DNA of 47,841 nucleotides from Kiritimatiellales bacterium (GTDB taxonomy: Bacteria > Verrucomicrobiota > Kiritimatiellia > UBA8416 > JAIOPI01): assembly GCA_945949405.1 (NCBI GenBank), contig CAMFEP010000003.1:1-47841 (forward strand), read 5' to 3'. The notes under the pieces are model-generated. The model was not told the origin of the DNA. It did no database searches and saw only the letters and a list, made by a program, of their open reading frames with translations. Below are positions 1 through 9,735 of the stretch, in pieces; the first letter of the stretch is position 1; every line of letters starts with the position of its first letter. Position numbers and translations under genes: made by a program.

Positions 1-939
1 GTTCTCGAGCTTGATCCCGAGATCTTCCGTCAGGCAACGGCCACCGGTCAGCACCGCGATGTCTTCCAGCATGGCCTTGCGGCGGTCGCCGAATCCCGGC
101 GCCTTCACCGCGCAGCACTGCAGGGTCCCGCGCAACCGGTTGACCACCAACGTCGCGAGCGCTTCGCCCTCGACATCTTCCGCGATGATCAGCAACGGCT
201 TGCTCGCCTTCGCCACGTTTTGCAGCAAGGGCAGCAGATCCTGCAGACTGGAGATTTTCTTCTCCTGAATCAGGATGTAGGCATCCTCGAGCACGGCCTC
301 CATACCCTCCGAATCCGTCACGAAGTACGGGGAGAGATAGCCCTTGTCGAACTGCATGCCTTCCACCACGTCCAGCGTCGTCTCAATGGTCTTGGCTTCC
401 TCGACGGTAATCGTCCCGTCCTTGCCAACCTTGTCCATCGCGTCGGCAATCTTGCTGCCGATCTCGACATCGCCGTTCGCGGAAATCGTGGCGACCTGCG
501 CGATTTCGGTATGCTCCTTGACCTTCTTGGCCTGCTTGCTGATCGCTTCCACGACCACCGCCACGGCCTTGTCGATCCCGCGCTTGAGGCTCATCGGGTT
601 TGCGCCGGCGGTCACGTTCTTCAAGCCTTCGCGATAAATCGCCTCGGCCAGCAACGTCGCCGTCGTCGTCCCGTCGCCCGCCGTGTCGCTCGTCTTGCTC
701 GCGACTTCGCGGACCATCTGGGCGCCCATGTTCTCAAACTTGTCCGGCAGATCGATTTCCTTCGCCACCGTCACGCCGTCCTTCGTGATCAACGGGGAGC
801 CGAAGCTCTTGTCGAGAATCACGTTGCGGCCTGCAGGCCCGAGGGTCACTTTCACGGCCCGGCTCAACTTGGTCACGCCTGCCAGAATCGACTGGCGCGC
901 CTCGTCGTCGTACTTCAACTGCTTGCCTTTATCAGCCAT
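1..939 (-). CDS. groL: Chaperonin GroEL (5' part; runs off the window start)
   Basis: The reverse strand from ATG at 939 reads [40 protein letters not shown]...[12 protein letters not shown]...[10 protein letters not shown]. An AGGAG RBS lies upstream. It is missing from the ORF track because there is no stop in the window. Confidence 0.98.
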   Translation of the reverse strand, partial: MADKGKQLKYDDEARQSILAGVTKLSRAVKVTLGPAGRNVILDKSFGSPLITKDGVTVAKEIDLPDKFENMGAQMVREVASKTSDTAGDGTTTATLLAEAIYREGLKNVTAGANPMSLKRGIDKAVAVVVEAISKQAKKVKEHTEIAQVATISANGDVEIGSKIADAMDKVGKDGTITVEEAKTIETTLDVVEGMQFDKGYLSPYFVTDSEGMEAVLEDAYILIQEKKISSLQDLLPLLQNVAKASKPLLIIAEDVEGEALATLVVNRLRGTLQCCAVKAPGFGDRRKAMLEDIAVLTGGRCLTEDLGIKLEN

Positions 940-987
940 CTTTCGTCTCCTGTTTTTAGTTGCGATTCGTTTTGCGTCCGCGCACCG

Positions 988-1275
988 TTACTCCAGCACG
1001 CCCAGAATGTCCTCTTCGCGCACAATCTGGTATTCCACGTCGTTGATCTTGATCTCGGTCCCGCCGTACTTGGGCAGCAACACGCGATCGTTCTTCTTCA
1101 CGTTCATCGGGATCAGCTTGCCATCATCAGTCTTCTTGCCTGGTCCCACGGCAACAACTTTGCCTTCCTGGGGCTTTTCCTTGGCCGAATCCGGAATGAT
1201 GATTCCACCCTTTTTGGCCTCTTTTTCCTCAATGGGCTGAATCAAAACGCGATCTCCCAGCGGTCTGATATTCAT
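988..1275 (-). CDS. groS: Co-chaperonin GroES
   Basis: [10 protein letters not shown]...[24 protein letters not shown]...KYGGTE signature; directly upstream of groEL. Confidence 0.98.
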   Translation of the reverse strand: MNIRPLGDRVLIQPIEEKEAKKGGIIIPDSAKEKPQEGKVVAVGPGKKTDDGKLIPMNVKKNDRVLLPKYGGTEIKINDVEYQIVREEDILGVLE

Positions 1276-1332
1276 CGTGTGTTTTACTCCTTGTGTTGTC
1301 TGCTATCCCGAATGAGCGAGTTATCTTGCCCG

Positions 1333-3294
1333 TCAGGTCTTCTTTTTCTTCTTGTCGTCATCCACCATTTCGAAATCCGCGTCGATGACCTCGTCCGGGC
1401 CGCTGCCCCCCGCCTTGGCCTCTGACTCCGCACCCGCGCCGGTATCGCCCGCCGTCGCACCGCCTGCGGCCGCGCCACCCGCGCCTGGCGCCGCGCCACC
1501 CTGCGGCCGCGCATACAGATCCTGCGAAATCGCCTGCATCTTGGCCGTCAGGGCTTCGACCGCGGCTTTGATCTTGGCCGTGTCGTCGGTCTTGATCGCG
1601 GACTTCACGTCCTCGATCGCCGCCTCGACGCCGGACTTCTTGTCCGCCGCCACCTTCTCACCGTTTTCCTTGAGCAGCTTCTCGGTCTGGTACACCAGGT
1701 TCTCCGCCATGTTGCGCGTTTCCACGCTCTCGCGCTTCAGGCGGTCTTCCTCGGCGTGCACTTCCGCATCCTTCACCATCTGGCTCACTTCTTTTTCGTT
1801 GAGCCCGCTCGATGCGGTGATGGTGATCTTCTGCTGCTTGCCCGTGCCCAAATCCTTGGCGCCCACGTTCAGAATACCGTTGGCGTCGAGGTCGAATTCC
1901 ACCTCGATCTGCGGCACGCCGCGCGGCGCCGGCGGAATCCCATCCAGATGGAACTTGCCGATCGACTTGTTGTCCCCGGCCATCTTGCGCTCTCCCTGCA
2001 AAACGTGGATCTCCACCGAGGGCTGATTGTCCGAGGCCGTGCTGAAAATTTCGCTTTTCTTGGTCGGGATCGTCGTGTTGCGCTCAATCAGCGTCGTGAA
2101 CACGCCGCCATTGGTCTCAATGCCCAGCGAAAGCGGGGTCACGTCAAGCAGCAGCACGTCCTTGACGTCACCCTTGAGAATGCCCCCCTGAATGCCCGCG
2201 CCAATCGCCACGACTTCGTCCGGATTCACGCCCTTGTGCGGCTCTTTCCCGAAAAGCTCCTTGGCTTTCTCCTGCAACTTGGGCATGCGCGTCTGACCAC
2301 CCACCAGCACCACTTCGTCCACCGTCTTGACGCCCGCGTCACGCAGGCACGCCTGGCAGGGCCCGACCGTACGCTCAACGAATTTGTCCGTGAGCTGCTC
2401 CAGCTTGGAGCGCGAAAGCGTCACGTTGAGATGCTTCGGTCCCGATGCATCCGCCGTGATGAAGGGCAGGTTGATTTCCGTCTGCTGTGCCGTGGACAAC
2501 TCGCACTTGGCCTTCTCCGCGCCTTCCTTGAGGCGCTGCAGGGCCATCGTGTCCTTGGTCAGGTCGATGCCGTTTTCTTTTTTGAACTCGGCGTTGAGCC
2601 ATTCGATGATGGACTGGTCCAGGTCGTCGCCGCCGAGGTGCGTGTCGCCGTTCGTGGCCTTGACCTCAAACACCCCGTCGCCAATGTCGAGAATCGAAAC
2701 ATCGAACGTGCCGCCGCCGAAGTCATAGACGGCAATCTTCTCGTCCTTCTTCTTGTCGAGCCCATACGCCAGCGAAGCCGCCGTCGGCTCGTTGATGATG
2801 CGCAGCACGTCCAAGCCCGCGATGCGCCCTGCGTCCTTGGTCGCCTGGCGCTGACTGTCATTGAAATACGCCGGCACCGTGATCACCGCCTGCGTGATCG
2901 CCTCACCCAGGAACGCTTCCGCATCGACCTTGAGCTTCTGCAAAATCATCGAGGAAATTTCAGGAGGAGAGTAGACCTTGTCGCCAATCTTGACGTGCGC
3001 GTCCCCGTTCTTGGCCTTGACGACTTCGTATGGAACCAACGAACTCTCCTGCACGACTTCATCGTACTTGCGCCCCATGAAGCGCTTGATCGAGTACACC
3101 GTGTTTCGCGGGTTAGTCACCGCCTGGCGCTTGGCCGCCTGGCCCACCAGACGCTCGCCGCTCTTGGTGAACGCCACCACCGACGGCGTCGTGCGCGCAC
3201 CTTCCGCGTTGGGCACAACCACCGGCTCGCCGCCTTCCATCACGGCCATACACGAGTTCGTCGTCCCCAGATCGATACCCAAAACTTTTGACAT
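1333..3294 (-). CDS. dnaK: Chaperone DnaK (Hsp70)
   Basis: [45 protein letters not shown] and acidic tail DADFE. Confidence 0.99.
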   Translation of the reverse strand: MSKVLGIDLGTTNSCMAVMEGGEPVVVPNAEGARTTPSVVAFTKSGERLVGQAAKRQAVTNPRNTVYSIKRFMGRKYDEVVQESSLVPYEVVKAKNGDAHVKIGDKVYSPPEISSMILQKLKVDAEAFLGEAITQAVITVPAYFNDSQRQATKDAGRIAGLDVLRIINEPTAASLAYGLDKKKDEKIAVYDFGGGTFDVSILDIGDGVFEVKATNGDTHLGGDDLDQSIIEWLNAEFKKENGIDLTKDTMALQRLKEGAEKAKCELSTAQQTEINLPFITADASGPKHLNVTLSRSKLEQLTDKFVERTVGPCQACLRDAGVKTVDEVVLVGGQTRMPKLQEKAKELFGKEPHKGVNPDEVVAIGAGIQGGILKGDVKDVLLLDVTPLSLGIETNGGVFTTLIERNTTIPTKKSEIFSTASDNQPSVEIHVLQGERKMAGDNKSIGKFHLDGIPPAPRGVPQIEVEFDLDANGILNVGAKDLGTGKQQKITITASSGLNEKEVSQMVKDAEVHAEEDRLKRESVETRNMAENLVYQTEKLLKENGEKVAADKKSGVEAAIEDVKSAIKTDDTAKIKAAVEALTAKMQAISQDLYARPQGGAAPGAGGAAAGGATAGDTGAGAESEAKAGGSGPDEVIDADFEMVDDDKKKKKT

Positions 3295-3340
3295 GGCTGC
3301 GTTCCTTTCTCAACCCGACATAAATTCTCGCGCTCCCTCT

Positions 3341-3356
3341 AGCACTCCCCATGCCA
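3341..3356 (-). promoter_or_regulatory. Putative sigma54 -24/-12 promoter of dnaK-groES-groEL
   Basis: Minus strand TGGCATGGGGAGTGCT has GG-N10-GC, matching TGGCACG-N4-TTGCW, ~46 nt upstream of the dnaK ATG. An AT-rich tract lies further upstream (3395-3427). Confidence 0.65.
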
Positions 3357-3367
3357 CCGTTTTGAAA

Positions 3368-3394
3368 AACCCTGAACCCTGAACCCTGAACCCT
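3368..3394. repeat. Heptamer tandem repeat (AACCCTG) x ~4
   Basis: aaccctg aaccctg aaccctg aaccct read directly. Confidence 0.9.
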
Positions 3395-3598
3395 TTATTG
3401 CAAAACGACTTATACTAATTTTAAAATCATCCAATCCCCCAATCATCCAATCCCCACCGCGCCATTCCGTCCCACCTAAGCCTGCTCCTCCCCCAACCGC
3501 GCCACTCTGTCCCTCCCCCTTCGTGTTCTTCGTGCACTTCGTGGTGAAGCCACCGAAAAAGACGTGACGCCACCGTCCACGCCTCTACAATCGCCCTC

Positions 3599-4063
3599 AT
3601 GAAAAAACGTTCTCCCACTCCGAAAAAAAGTCCCGCCCCCCGCGGCCCCCAACGCAAAATCTACCTCTGCGGCCCGATCATGGATGAAGTCGACGGCCAT
3701 GCCCGCGAGTGGCGCACCACCGCCGCCAAAGTACTCGCCAAACATTTCAGGATTCTCGACCCCATGCGCCGCAATTTCAAGGACCGCGAAGTCGACAGCG
3801 CCAACGAGATCGTCGAATTCGACCTCCAGGACGTGCGCGAAGCCGACATCATCCTCGTGAATTACAACAAGGCCTCGATCGGCACCTCGATGGAAGTCTT
3901 CTACGCCAGCAACGACCTGCAGAAATTCGTGATCGCCTTCTCACCCTTCTCGTTCAAGGATTCCAGCCCCTGGATGGTACGCTTCTGCACCAAAATCCTG
4001 CCGTCATTGGAAGATTCAATGGACTACATTCTCGAACATTTCGTGGCCCAACACTTCGATTAA
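3599..4063 (+). CDS. Nucleoside 2-deoxyribosyltransferase-like protein
   Basis: KIYLCGPI...EWR...LDPMRR...EIVEFDLQDVREADIILVN...SIGTSMEVFYA follows the NDT/Rcl-like pattern. Confidence 0.8.
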   Translation: MKKRSPTPKKSPAPRGPQRKIYLCGPIMDEVDGHAREWRTTAAKVLAKHFRILDPMRRNFKDREVDSANEIVEFDLQDVREADIILVNYNKASIGTSMEVFYASNDLQKFVIAFSPFSFKDSSPWMVRFCTKILPSLEDSMDYILEHFVAQHFD

Positions 4064-4068
4064 CAAGC

Positions 4069-4098
4069 GTTCGCGTTCATTCGCGTCCATTCGCGGTT
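4069..4098. repeat. Solo arm of the 10-mer tandem element (ATTCGCGTYC)n-ATTCGCGGTT
   Basis: gttcgcgttc attcgcgtcc attcgcggtt; related arms at 9161, 9839, 15830 and 22035. Confidence 0.85.
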
Positions 4099-4106
4099 TC
4101 TTTTCT

Positions 4107-4616
4107 ATGAAATGCCCCAAATGCCATGCCGCCTTGAAACCCGCCGCGGTCGCCGGCGTGGAGATCGACCGCTGTACCGCCTGCAACGGTCAGTGGTACG
4201 ACGACGGCGAAGTCGCCAAGCTGGTCCCCCTGCTCGCGGAGATCGAAAACGCGCCCGGCGCCGATCTCACCAGAAATTTGCAACACCCGCAGGCCGCGCC
4301 GCCCGCGCACACCCTGCCCTGCCCCCGCTGCCAGGGCACCATGCGCACCTTTAACTACGCCTACGACTCCAACATCATGCTCGACCGTTGCGACGCCTGC
4401 CGCGGCATCTGGCTCGATGCCGGCGAGTGCAACGCGATCATCCGCCACGTCAGGGGCAACCCGAAACTGAACCGCATGGGCGAGGCCATCGCCAAAAATA
4501 TTGCCGAAGCGCATCAGCGCCAGGACGTGATCGAGAAAGTCGTGGGCTGGAACAACCCCATCGACGACGCCCAACTCCTCGTCGGCATCTTCCGCGCCCT
4601 CCGCGGCGCCGCCTGA
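4107..4616 (+). CDS. Tandem zf-TFIIB-type zinc-ribbon protein
   Basis: Two copies of CPxC...(I/L)DRCxxCxGxWxDxGE. Confidence 0.85.
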   Translation: MKCPKCHAALKPAAVAGVEIDRCTACNGQWYDDGEVAKLVPLLAEIENAPGADLTRNLQHPQAAPPAHTLPCPRCQGTMRTFNYAYDSNIMLDRCDACRGIWLDAGECNAIIRHVRGNPKLNRMGEAIAKNIAEAHQRQDVIEKVVGWNNPIDDAQLLVGIFRALRGAA

Positions 4617-4635
4617 TTGATTCTTAAAATCCGAA

Positions 4636-4664
4636 TGGAGGGCGAGCCTCCGGCGAGCCGTTCC
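4636..4664 (+). repeat. GGAG-type REP-like hairpin (uninterrupted copy)
   Basis: tggagggcgagcctccggcgagccgttcc; related copies at 6466 (interrupted) and 12169. Confidence 0.75.
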
Positions 4665-4690
4665 GAATCGAGCCGCTCCTCGCCGCCCCC

Positions 4691-5572
4691 TCAAAACCCG
4701 CGCAAACAAATCGGTTCGGGCCAGTCCCCATACTGCGTCATACGCGGCTGCTGCCACCCGCCCGTCTCGGTCTCAACCAACTGCTGCAGATCGCGCATCA
4801 ACTCCGCATCCGGCTTGCGCCCCATGATGGAATCGTGTTCCGTCGTCGCCAGCGCATTCAGCAACCCACCCGTGAACACACCGTGCCCGTCCGATTCAAA
4901 CGCCATTTCGCCAGCGCCCGAGGACGCCACCACCGCCACGATGCGATTGGAAACCCCGCCCGTCCGCACATCCGCCATCCCGTCCGCCACCGCATCCGCC
5001 AGCATGGCGCCATGGCAGGCATCAATGAACACCGTCAGATAGCGGTTCGGCAGATCGGCCAGCATGGACGCCACGTCCGCCATCGCCAGGCCTTCTTCCA
5101 GTTCCCGCCCCTTGTGGCAACCAAAGGGCACCAGATAGCCGTCATACCCGCCCGCCGCATTGGACTGGCGCAGCGCGTGGCCCGAATAAAAAAACGTCAG
5201 CACATCCTCCGGCCCCAGCCGCGCGTGCAAGTCGTCAATCGCGGCCACGATCTTCTCCCGCGTCGCGTCCCCATTCAACAGCAGGGTCAAGTAATCGAAG
5301 CCACGCTTGCGCGCCAGCCCAGCCATGCCGATCGCATCGTTGGTGGCATAGGCCAGCCGCCCGTATTCAGGATATTCGCTGATCCCCACGATCAACGCAT
5401 AATTCCGTGCCGCCGCCGCGGTTTCGCCCCTCACAACTGCCGTTGCGAGCACCAAAACCAGGATCGCCGGAAATACTCGTGAAAACCCGATCCAGACGGG
5501 AGGGGCGGCCGCCTGGCCGACCTGTTTTCCGGAGATGGCTGGCCAAAATCGTTTCATCAACACGCGTTCCAA
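4691..5572 (-). CDS. Caspase-family (peptidase C14) protein with a probable signal peptide
   Basis: YALIVGISEY...LAYATNDA...AT...FFYSGHA (His) ...IDACHG (Cys)...GHGVFT...QQP; hydrophobic N-terminal segment ILVLVLATAVVRG. The start may be ATG 5557. Confidence 0.88.
   Translation of the reverse strand: MERVLMKRFWPAISGKQVGQAAAPPVWIGFSRVFPAILVLVLATAVVRGETAAAARNYALIVGISEYPEYGRLAYATNDAIGMAGLARKRGFDYLTLLLNGDATREKIVAAIDDLHARLGPEDVLTFFYSGHALRQSNAAGGYDGYLVPFGCHKGRELEEGLAMADVASMLADLPNRYLTVFIDACHGAMLADAVADGMADVRTGGVSNRIVAVVASSGAGEMAFESDGHGVFTGGLLNALATTEHDSIMGRKPDAELMRDLQQLVETETGGWQQPRMTQYGDWPEPICLRGF
5497..5524 (+). repeat. REP-like hairpin CGGGAGGGGCGGCCGCYTGGCCG
   Basis: Near-identical copies at 5497, 21727 and 39869. 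Confidence 0.8.
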
Positions 5573-5707
5573 AATTCCTGGAGATTGTCACATCAATCAT
5601 CGTCACATCCTCTCCATCCCAAAATCCGGCCCGCAGCATACGCCGCCCCCCACCCAGGTCAAGCGCCACCCGCATGCGTTATTTTCTGACGATTTTTGCG
5701 AATCGTT

Positions 5708-5740
5708 TTGACAAAAAAGCATAAAACCATAAATATGCCT
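5708..5740 (+). promoter_or_regulatory. Putative sigma70 promoter/operator of vapBC
   Basis: TTGACA at 5708, AT-rich -10 region, and a GCATA...TATGC inverted repeat just before ATG 5743. Confidence 0.5.
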
Positions 5741-5742
5741 AC

Positions 5743-6009
5743 ATGCGCACCACCTTGGATATTCCGGATGCCTTGGGCCGCCGCGCCAAGCTCTTGGCTG
5801 TGCGGCGCGGGATCAGCTTCAAACGTTTGGTGACCGAGGCTATCGAACAGATTCTGGATGCAACCAGCAGCAAACCTTCCGGACGTCCGCTTGCGTTTCC
5901 ACTCGTGCGCAGCCACAAACCTGGTTCTATGAACTTAAAACCCGACGAAATTCACGCCCTGCTCGTCCGCGAAGAAGCCGCCGCCTATGAAACTGCTATG
6001 CGACGTTAA
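5743..6009 (+). CDS. VapB-like ribbon-helix-helix antitoxin
   Basis: MRTTLDIPDALGRRAKLLA...SFKRLVTEAI; overlaps the downstream PIN gene. Confidence 0.85.
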   Translation: MRTTLDIPDALGRRAKLLAVRRGISFKRLVTEAIEQILDATSSKPSGRPLAFPLVRSHKPGSMNLKPDEIHALLVREEAAAYETAMRR

Positions 6010-6424
6010 CCTCCTGCTCGCACTCGTCGCCGAACGTCACGCAAAACATCGCGACGTGCGAACATGGTGGGAATCCCTGCCGGCCGATGAGACGATTTCC
6101 ATCTGCCGCCCCGTGCAAACCGCCCTGCTGCGCCTGCTAAGCACCGAGGCGGTCATGGGCAATGACACCCTGTCCCTGCCGCAAGCCTGGTCCGTCTATG
6201 CCACCCTGCTCGCCTCCGGCCGCTTCGCCCTGGCCCTCGAACCCATGGGCCTCGACCCCCAGTGGGAACTCCTCTGCCGCCCCTTCGGCCGCTCCCCCAA
6301 AGTGGTCATGGACGCCTACCTCGCCGCCTTCGCCCTCACCGCCCCCTACCGCCTCGCCACCCTCGACCACGCCTTCAAATTATTCCCAAAACTGGATCTC
6401 TGCTTCCCGCTCCAGAATCCTTGA
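5987..6424 (+). CDS. vapC: VapC-family PIN-domain toxin
   Basis: LCDVNLLLAL...H..H...LLRLLS...MDAYLAAFA...LATLD..F, the TIGR00028-like PIN pattern. Confidence 0.9.
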   Translation: MKLLCDVNLLLALVAERHAKHRDVRTWWESLPADETISICRPVQTALLRLLSTEAVMGNDTLSLPQAWSVYATLLASGRFALALEPMGLDPQWELLCRPFGRSPKVVMDAYLAAFALTAPYRLATLDHAFKLFPKLDLCFPLQNP

Positions 6425-6592
6425 AAGGTGGGCGGGCGACGCCATTGGCCCGCATACGCCCGAACTGGAGGGCGCTTGTCCGCCATAGCTTCCGAGCGAC
6501 GGCGGAAGCCGCCGGCGAGCCGTTCCCTCCTATCTCGCCGCGACCTTCGTACATTGTCTGGCACACAACATCCCGCGAATGTACAATTCCCC

Positions 6593-6826
6593 ATGCCCAC
6601 GATACTTCGGGTCAAAGGGTACCGGCTGTTTTTCGTAAGCTTTGATGGTTCAGAGCCAATGCATGTGCACGTACGACTTGGCGATCTCGGGGCAAAAGTA
6701 TGGATGCGACCAATCAAGATTGCCTGGTCCGAGTTCAATCCGCACGAAAACGCCGAAACGCTCCGCATCGTACGAGCCAATCGCGAATTGATTCAGGAGA
6801 AGTGGAATGAGCACTTCAAAGCCTAA
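6593..6826 (+). CDS. DUF4160-family protein
   Basis: MPTILRVKGYRLFF...EPMHVHVR...AKVW...WNEHF; start reassigned to ATG 6593. Confidence 0.88.
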   Translation: MPTILRVKGYRLFFVSFDGSEPMHVHVRLGDLGAKVWMRPIKIAWSEFNPHENAETLRIVRANRELIQEKWNEHFKA

Positions 6827-7121
6827 ACAGGGAGCTTCAGGCGTGCGCGCCACCGGCTTGATCGTGGCCGACGACGGCTTCACGGTTTGCCTCGCCGACG
6901 GACGCTGCATTTCCGTGCCCTTCGCCTGTTTTCCGCGCCTGGCCGGCGCAACCCGCGCAGAACGCGCGCATTTTGAAGTGTATGCCGACGGGAGACTCCT
7001 GCACTGGCCCGCCATCGACGAAGACATCGAAGTCCAACACATCCTCGACGGCCGCTTGCCCGTAAAGGCCCCCCATCGCGTCACCGCAGTTGCAGAATCC
7101 CGGCCCAAGTATGGGGCGTGA
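6807..7121 (+). CDS. DUF2442-family protein (partner of DUF4160)
   Basis: LADGR.ISVP...FPRL..AT..ER...LHWP.IDEDI.V; overlaps the DUF4160 gene. Confidence 0.88.
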   Translation: MSTSKPKQGASGVRATGLIVADDGFTVCLADGRCISVPFACFPRLAGATRAERAHFEVYADGRLLHWPAIDEDIEVQHILDGRLPVKAPHRVTAVAESRPKYGA

Positions 7122-7373
7122 CGGCGCAATCGGCGAAAGCGGGGATGTGTCGGACACGACAATCATCGCGCAGCCATCCACCACGCCCGATAATGCGAGC
7201 CGGGTGAAAAGTCCTCGGGTCTTCGACCGCCATTCTTGCTGGCATGCCATTCAGCGGCAAGCGCCGGAAACTCATCCACTAATGTTGTTCGCGGTTTTTG
7301 CATGTTTTCCCGCAGGAAAACCTAGAGTACTTCCTGCAAGTGACGCCCCAACAGGCCAAAACACGCCCCCCCC

Positions 7374-8393
7374 CTACAACCCCAACTCCCCCGCCTGCGC
7401 CCGCGGCTTCAACCCAAACCGCTCGTAACAAAGCTCCGTCACCACCCGCCCCTTGGGCGTGCGGCGCAAATAGCCTTCCTGGATCAGGTACGGCTCGTAA
7501 ACATCTTCGATCGTGTCCTGCTCCTCGCTCACGGATACCGCCAGCGAGCCCAACCCCACCGGCCCGCCGGCGAACTTGTGCAGGATCGTTTCGAGGATAC
7601 GCTTGTCCATGTCGTCAAGGCCGTGGCGATCGATGTCGAGCATCGTCAAGGCCTGATCCGCCACCGTGCGCGTGATTTTGCCCTCCGCCTTGACCTGCGC
7701 AAAGTCGCGCACACGCCGCAATAAATTATTGGCGATGCGCGGCGTGCCCCGCGCGCGGTGCGCGATTTCATCCGATCCCTCCGCATCCATCTCCACGTTC
7801 AACAGACGCGCAGAACGGTCCAGAATCTGATGCAGTTCGTCCGCGCCGTAGTAATCCAGCCGGTTGGAAATCCCGAAGCGCGAGCGCAGCGGCGCTGACA
7901 ACAATCCGCTGCGCGTCGTCGCCCCCACCAACGTGAAACGCTTCAACTCGATGCGCACCGATCGCGCATTGGCCCCCTGGTCAATCATGATATCGAGCAT
8001 GAAATCTTCCATCGCCGTGTAGAGATACTCCTCAACCGCTTTCTGCATGCGATGAATCTCATCAATAAAAAGCACGTCGCCGCGCTCGAGACTCGTGAGC
8101 AACCCCGCGAGGTCGCCGGCCTTGTCGATCACCGGCCCGGACGTGACCTTGATGTTCACGCCCATGGCCTCGGCGACGATGTGCGCCAGCGTGGTCTTGC
8201 CCAGCCCCGGTGGCCCCGAAAGCAACACATGGTCGAGCACGTCGCCGCGCTGCTTGGCCGCCGCCACCGCCAGCTCCAGCCGCCCGCGCACCTTGCCCTG
8301 CCCCACAAAATCGTGAAACGACCCCGGCCGCAAACTCAAATCGAGTTCGCGGTTCGGCCGGTTTAACGCATCCGTTGCCAATCGTTCGGTCAT
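7374..8393 (-). CDS. ruvB: Holliday junction helicase RuvB
   Basis: [50 protein letters not shown]. Start moved to ATG 8393 because the upstream extension is translated repeat. Confidence 0.98.
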   Translation of the reverse strand: MTERLATDALNRPNRELDLSLRPGSFHDFVGQGKVRGRLELAVAAAKQRGDVLDHVLLSGPPGLGKTTLAHIVAEAMGVNIKVTSGPVIDKAGDLAGLLTSLERGDVLFIDEIHRMQKAVEEYLYTAMEDFMLDIMIDQGANARSVRIELKRFTLVGATTRSGLLSAPLRSRFGISNRLDYYGADELHQILDRSARLLNVEMDAEGSDEIAHRARGTPRIANNLLRRVRDFAQVKAEGKITRTVADQALTMLDIDRHGLDDMDKRILETILHKFAGGPVGLGSLAVSVSEEQDTIEDVYEPYLIQEGYLRRTPKGRVVTELCYERFGLKPRAQAGELGL

Positions 8394-8400
8394 GATCTTG

Positions 8401-8472
8401 ATTTCCGATTGCCGATTGATGATTGCCGATTGCCCCACAAAATCGGCAATCTGAAATCATAAATCATAAATT
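8401..8472. repeat. Inverted heptamer tandem element (ATTGCCG-like)n / (AATCGGC-like)n between ruvA and ruvB
   Basis: atttccg attgccg attgatg attgccg attg ... aatcggc aatctga aatcata aatcata aatt; the same unit occurs at 12390-12421. Confidence 0.8.
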
Positions 8473-8475
8473 GAT

Positions 8476-9069
8476 TCACGCGTTCAACGCCTTCTTGATC
8501 AACACTTCCACGCTGGCGTCCGGCAGCATCTGACGCACGGAGAGCACCAGCTTGCGCGCGTCGTCCTGCTTGTAGCCCAGTGACACCAGCGCCGCGATCG
8601 CGTCGCGCAAGGTCATGTCCATCTCGGACGCATCCGCCGGGCCGGCCAGCGCCTCGAGCGCCTCGCCGGCCGAAAACTTATCCTTCAACTCCACGATCAT
8701 GCGCTCGGCGGTCTTTTTCCCGATGCCGGAAATCGACGCGAGCCGCTTGAGATCGCCGCCCACGAGAGAGGCCTTGAGTTCACGCACGGAAAGCCCGCTC
8801 AACGCGCTCAAGGCCAGCTTGGGGCCGATGCCCGAGACGTTCAATAACAGTCCAAACATCTGCCGTTCCGCGGGCGTCAGGAAACCGAACAGCAGGTGCG
8901 CATCCTCGCGCACGTGATCATGCGTCAGCAACCGACAGCGCTCTCCCGTCGCGGGTAGCCGGTCAAAACTGCTCAAGGGAATAAAGATCTCGTAGCCGAC
9001 GCCCTGCACATCCAGCACCACCCGCGTGGGCTGCTTCTCCACCACCGTGCCGTCAAGAAACGCAATCAT
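8476..9069 (-). CDS. ruvA: Holliday junction DNA-binding protein RuvA
   Basis: MIAFLDG...DVQGVGYE...VREDA..LFGF...VSGIGPKLAL...GIGKKTAER...ALVSLGY. Confidence 0.98.
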   Translation of the reverse strand: MIAFLDGTVVEKQPTRVVLDVQGVGYEIFIPLSSFDRLPATGERCRLLTHDHVREDAHLLFGFLTPAERQMFGLLLNVSGIGPKLALSALSGLSVRELKASLVGGDLKRLASISGIGKKTAERMIVELKDKFSAGEALEALAGPADASEMDMTLRDAIAALVSLGYKQDDARKLVLSVRQMLPDASVEVLIKKALNA

Positions 9070-9122
9070 CCCCGAGTCTCGCCTGTCCCCCCCGCCAATT
9101 CAAGCGCACAGTCGGAAGCGAC

Positions 9123-9190
9123 AACCGCGAATGCACGCGAATTGACGCCAATAAATCCGAATTCGCGTTCATTAGCGTTCATTCGCGGTT
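9123..9190. repeat. Palindromic 10-mer tandem element, 30-bp arms, 8-bp loop (empty copy)
   Basis: aaccgcgaat gcacgcgaat tgacgccaat [aaatccga] attcgcgttc attagcgttc attcgcggtt. Confidence 0.9.
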
Positions 9191-9203
9191 TCCTGTTCGC
9201 GGT

Positions 9204-9713
9204 TCAAATCGGCTCCGCGTCCAGCACCGCGTGCCCCGTGCGGGTGTTGAGATGGCAGATCGCCACGGCCAGCGCATCCGCCGCGTCTTCCTGGGGCATC
9301 ACATCCAGCGCCAGCAACTGCATCACCATGCGCGCCACTTGTTCCTTCTCGGCGCCGCCATGGCCCACCAGCGCCTGCTTGGCGCGCCGTGGCGCATATT
9401 CAAACACCGGTACCCCCGCGCAGGCGCAGGCCGCGATCGCCGCCCCGCGCACCTGCCCCAGAATGTCCGCCGTCTTGGCGTTGCGCTGAAAAAATCCGCC
9501 CTCAATCGCCGCCGCCCCCGGCGCGGTTTTGGCAATCAGCTCGCGGATTGCCTCGGAAATCCCGCGCAAACATTCGGAATGCCGCGCGCGCGGCGGAAAT
9601 TTGAGGGTCTGCATCGCCACGGCCGCCAGCCGCGTCCCCCGCGCCTCCACCACCGCCAGCCCCGGCGAACGCAAGGACGCATCGATGCCCAACACGCGAA
9701 AGCCCGGGGTCAT
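9204..9713 (-). CDS. ruvC: Holliday junction resolvase RuvC
   Basis: RVLGID...AIE..FF..N...LGQVRGA...EYAP...K..G.G.A.KEQV...EDAADALAVAICH; start moved to ATG 9713. Confidence 0.96.
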   Translation of the reverse strand: MTPGFRVLGIDASLRSPGLAVVEARGTRLAAVAMQTLKFPPRARHSECLRGISEAIRELIAKTAPGAAAIEGGFFQRNAKTADILGQVRGAAIAACACAGVPVFEYAPRRAKQALVGHGGAEKEQVARMVMQLLALDVMPQEDAADALAVAICHLNTRTGHAVLDAEPI

Positions 9714-9735
9714 ATGTGTCCCCACAGGCCAAAAC

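Noticed and set aside
220-3291. Long + strand ORFs (401 aa and 511 aa) opposite groEL/groES and dnaK
   Set aside because: Antisense shadows caused by codon bias in high-GC chaperone genes; they have no independent motifs.
3339-3365. CIRCE element
   Set aside because: Only one arm (TAGCACTC) is present; the partner arm 9 nt away does not match.
7122-7373. Possible small gene or RNA between DUF2442 and ruvB
   Set aside because: No recognisable motif or convincing structure.
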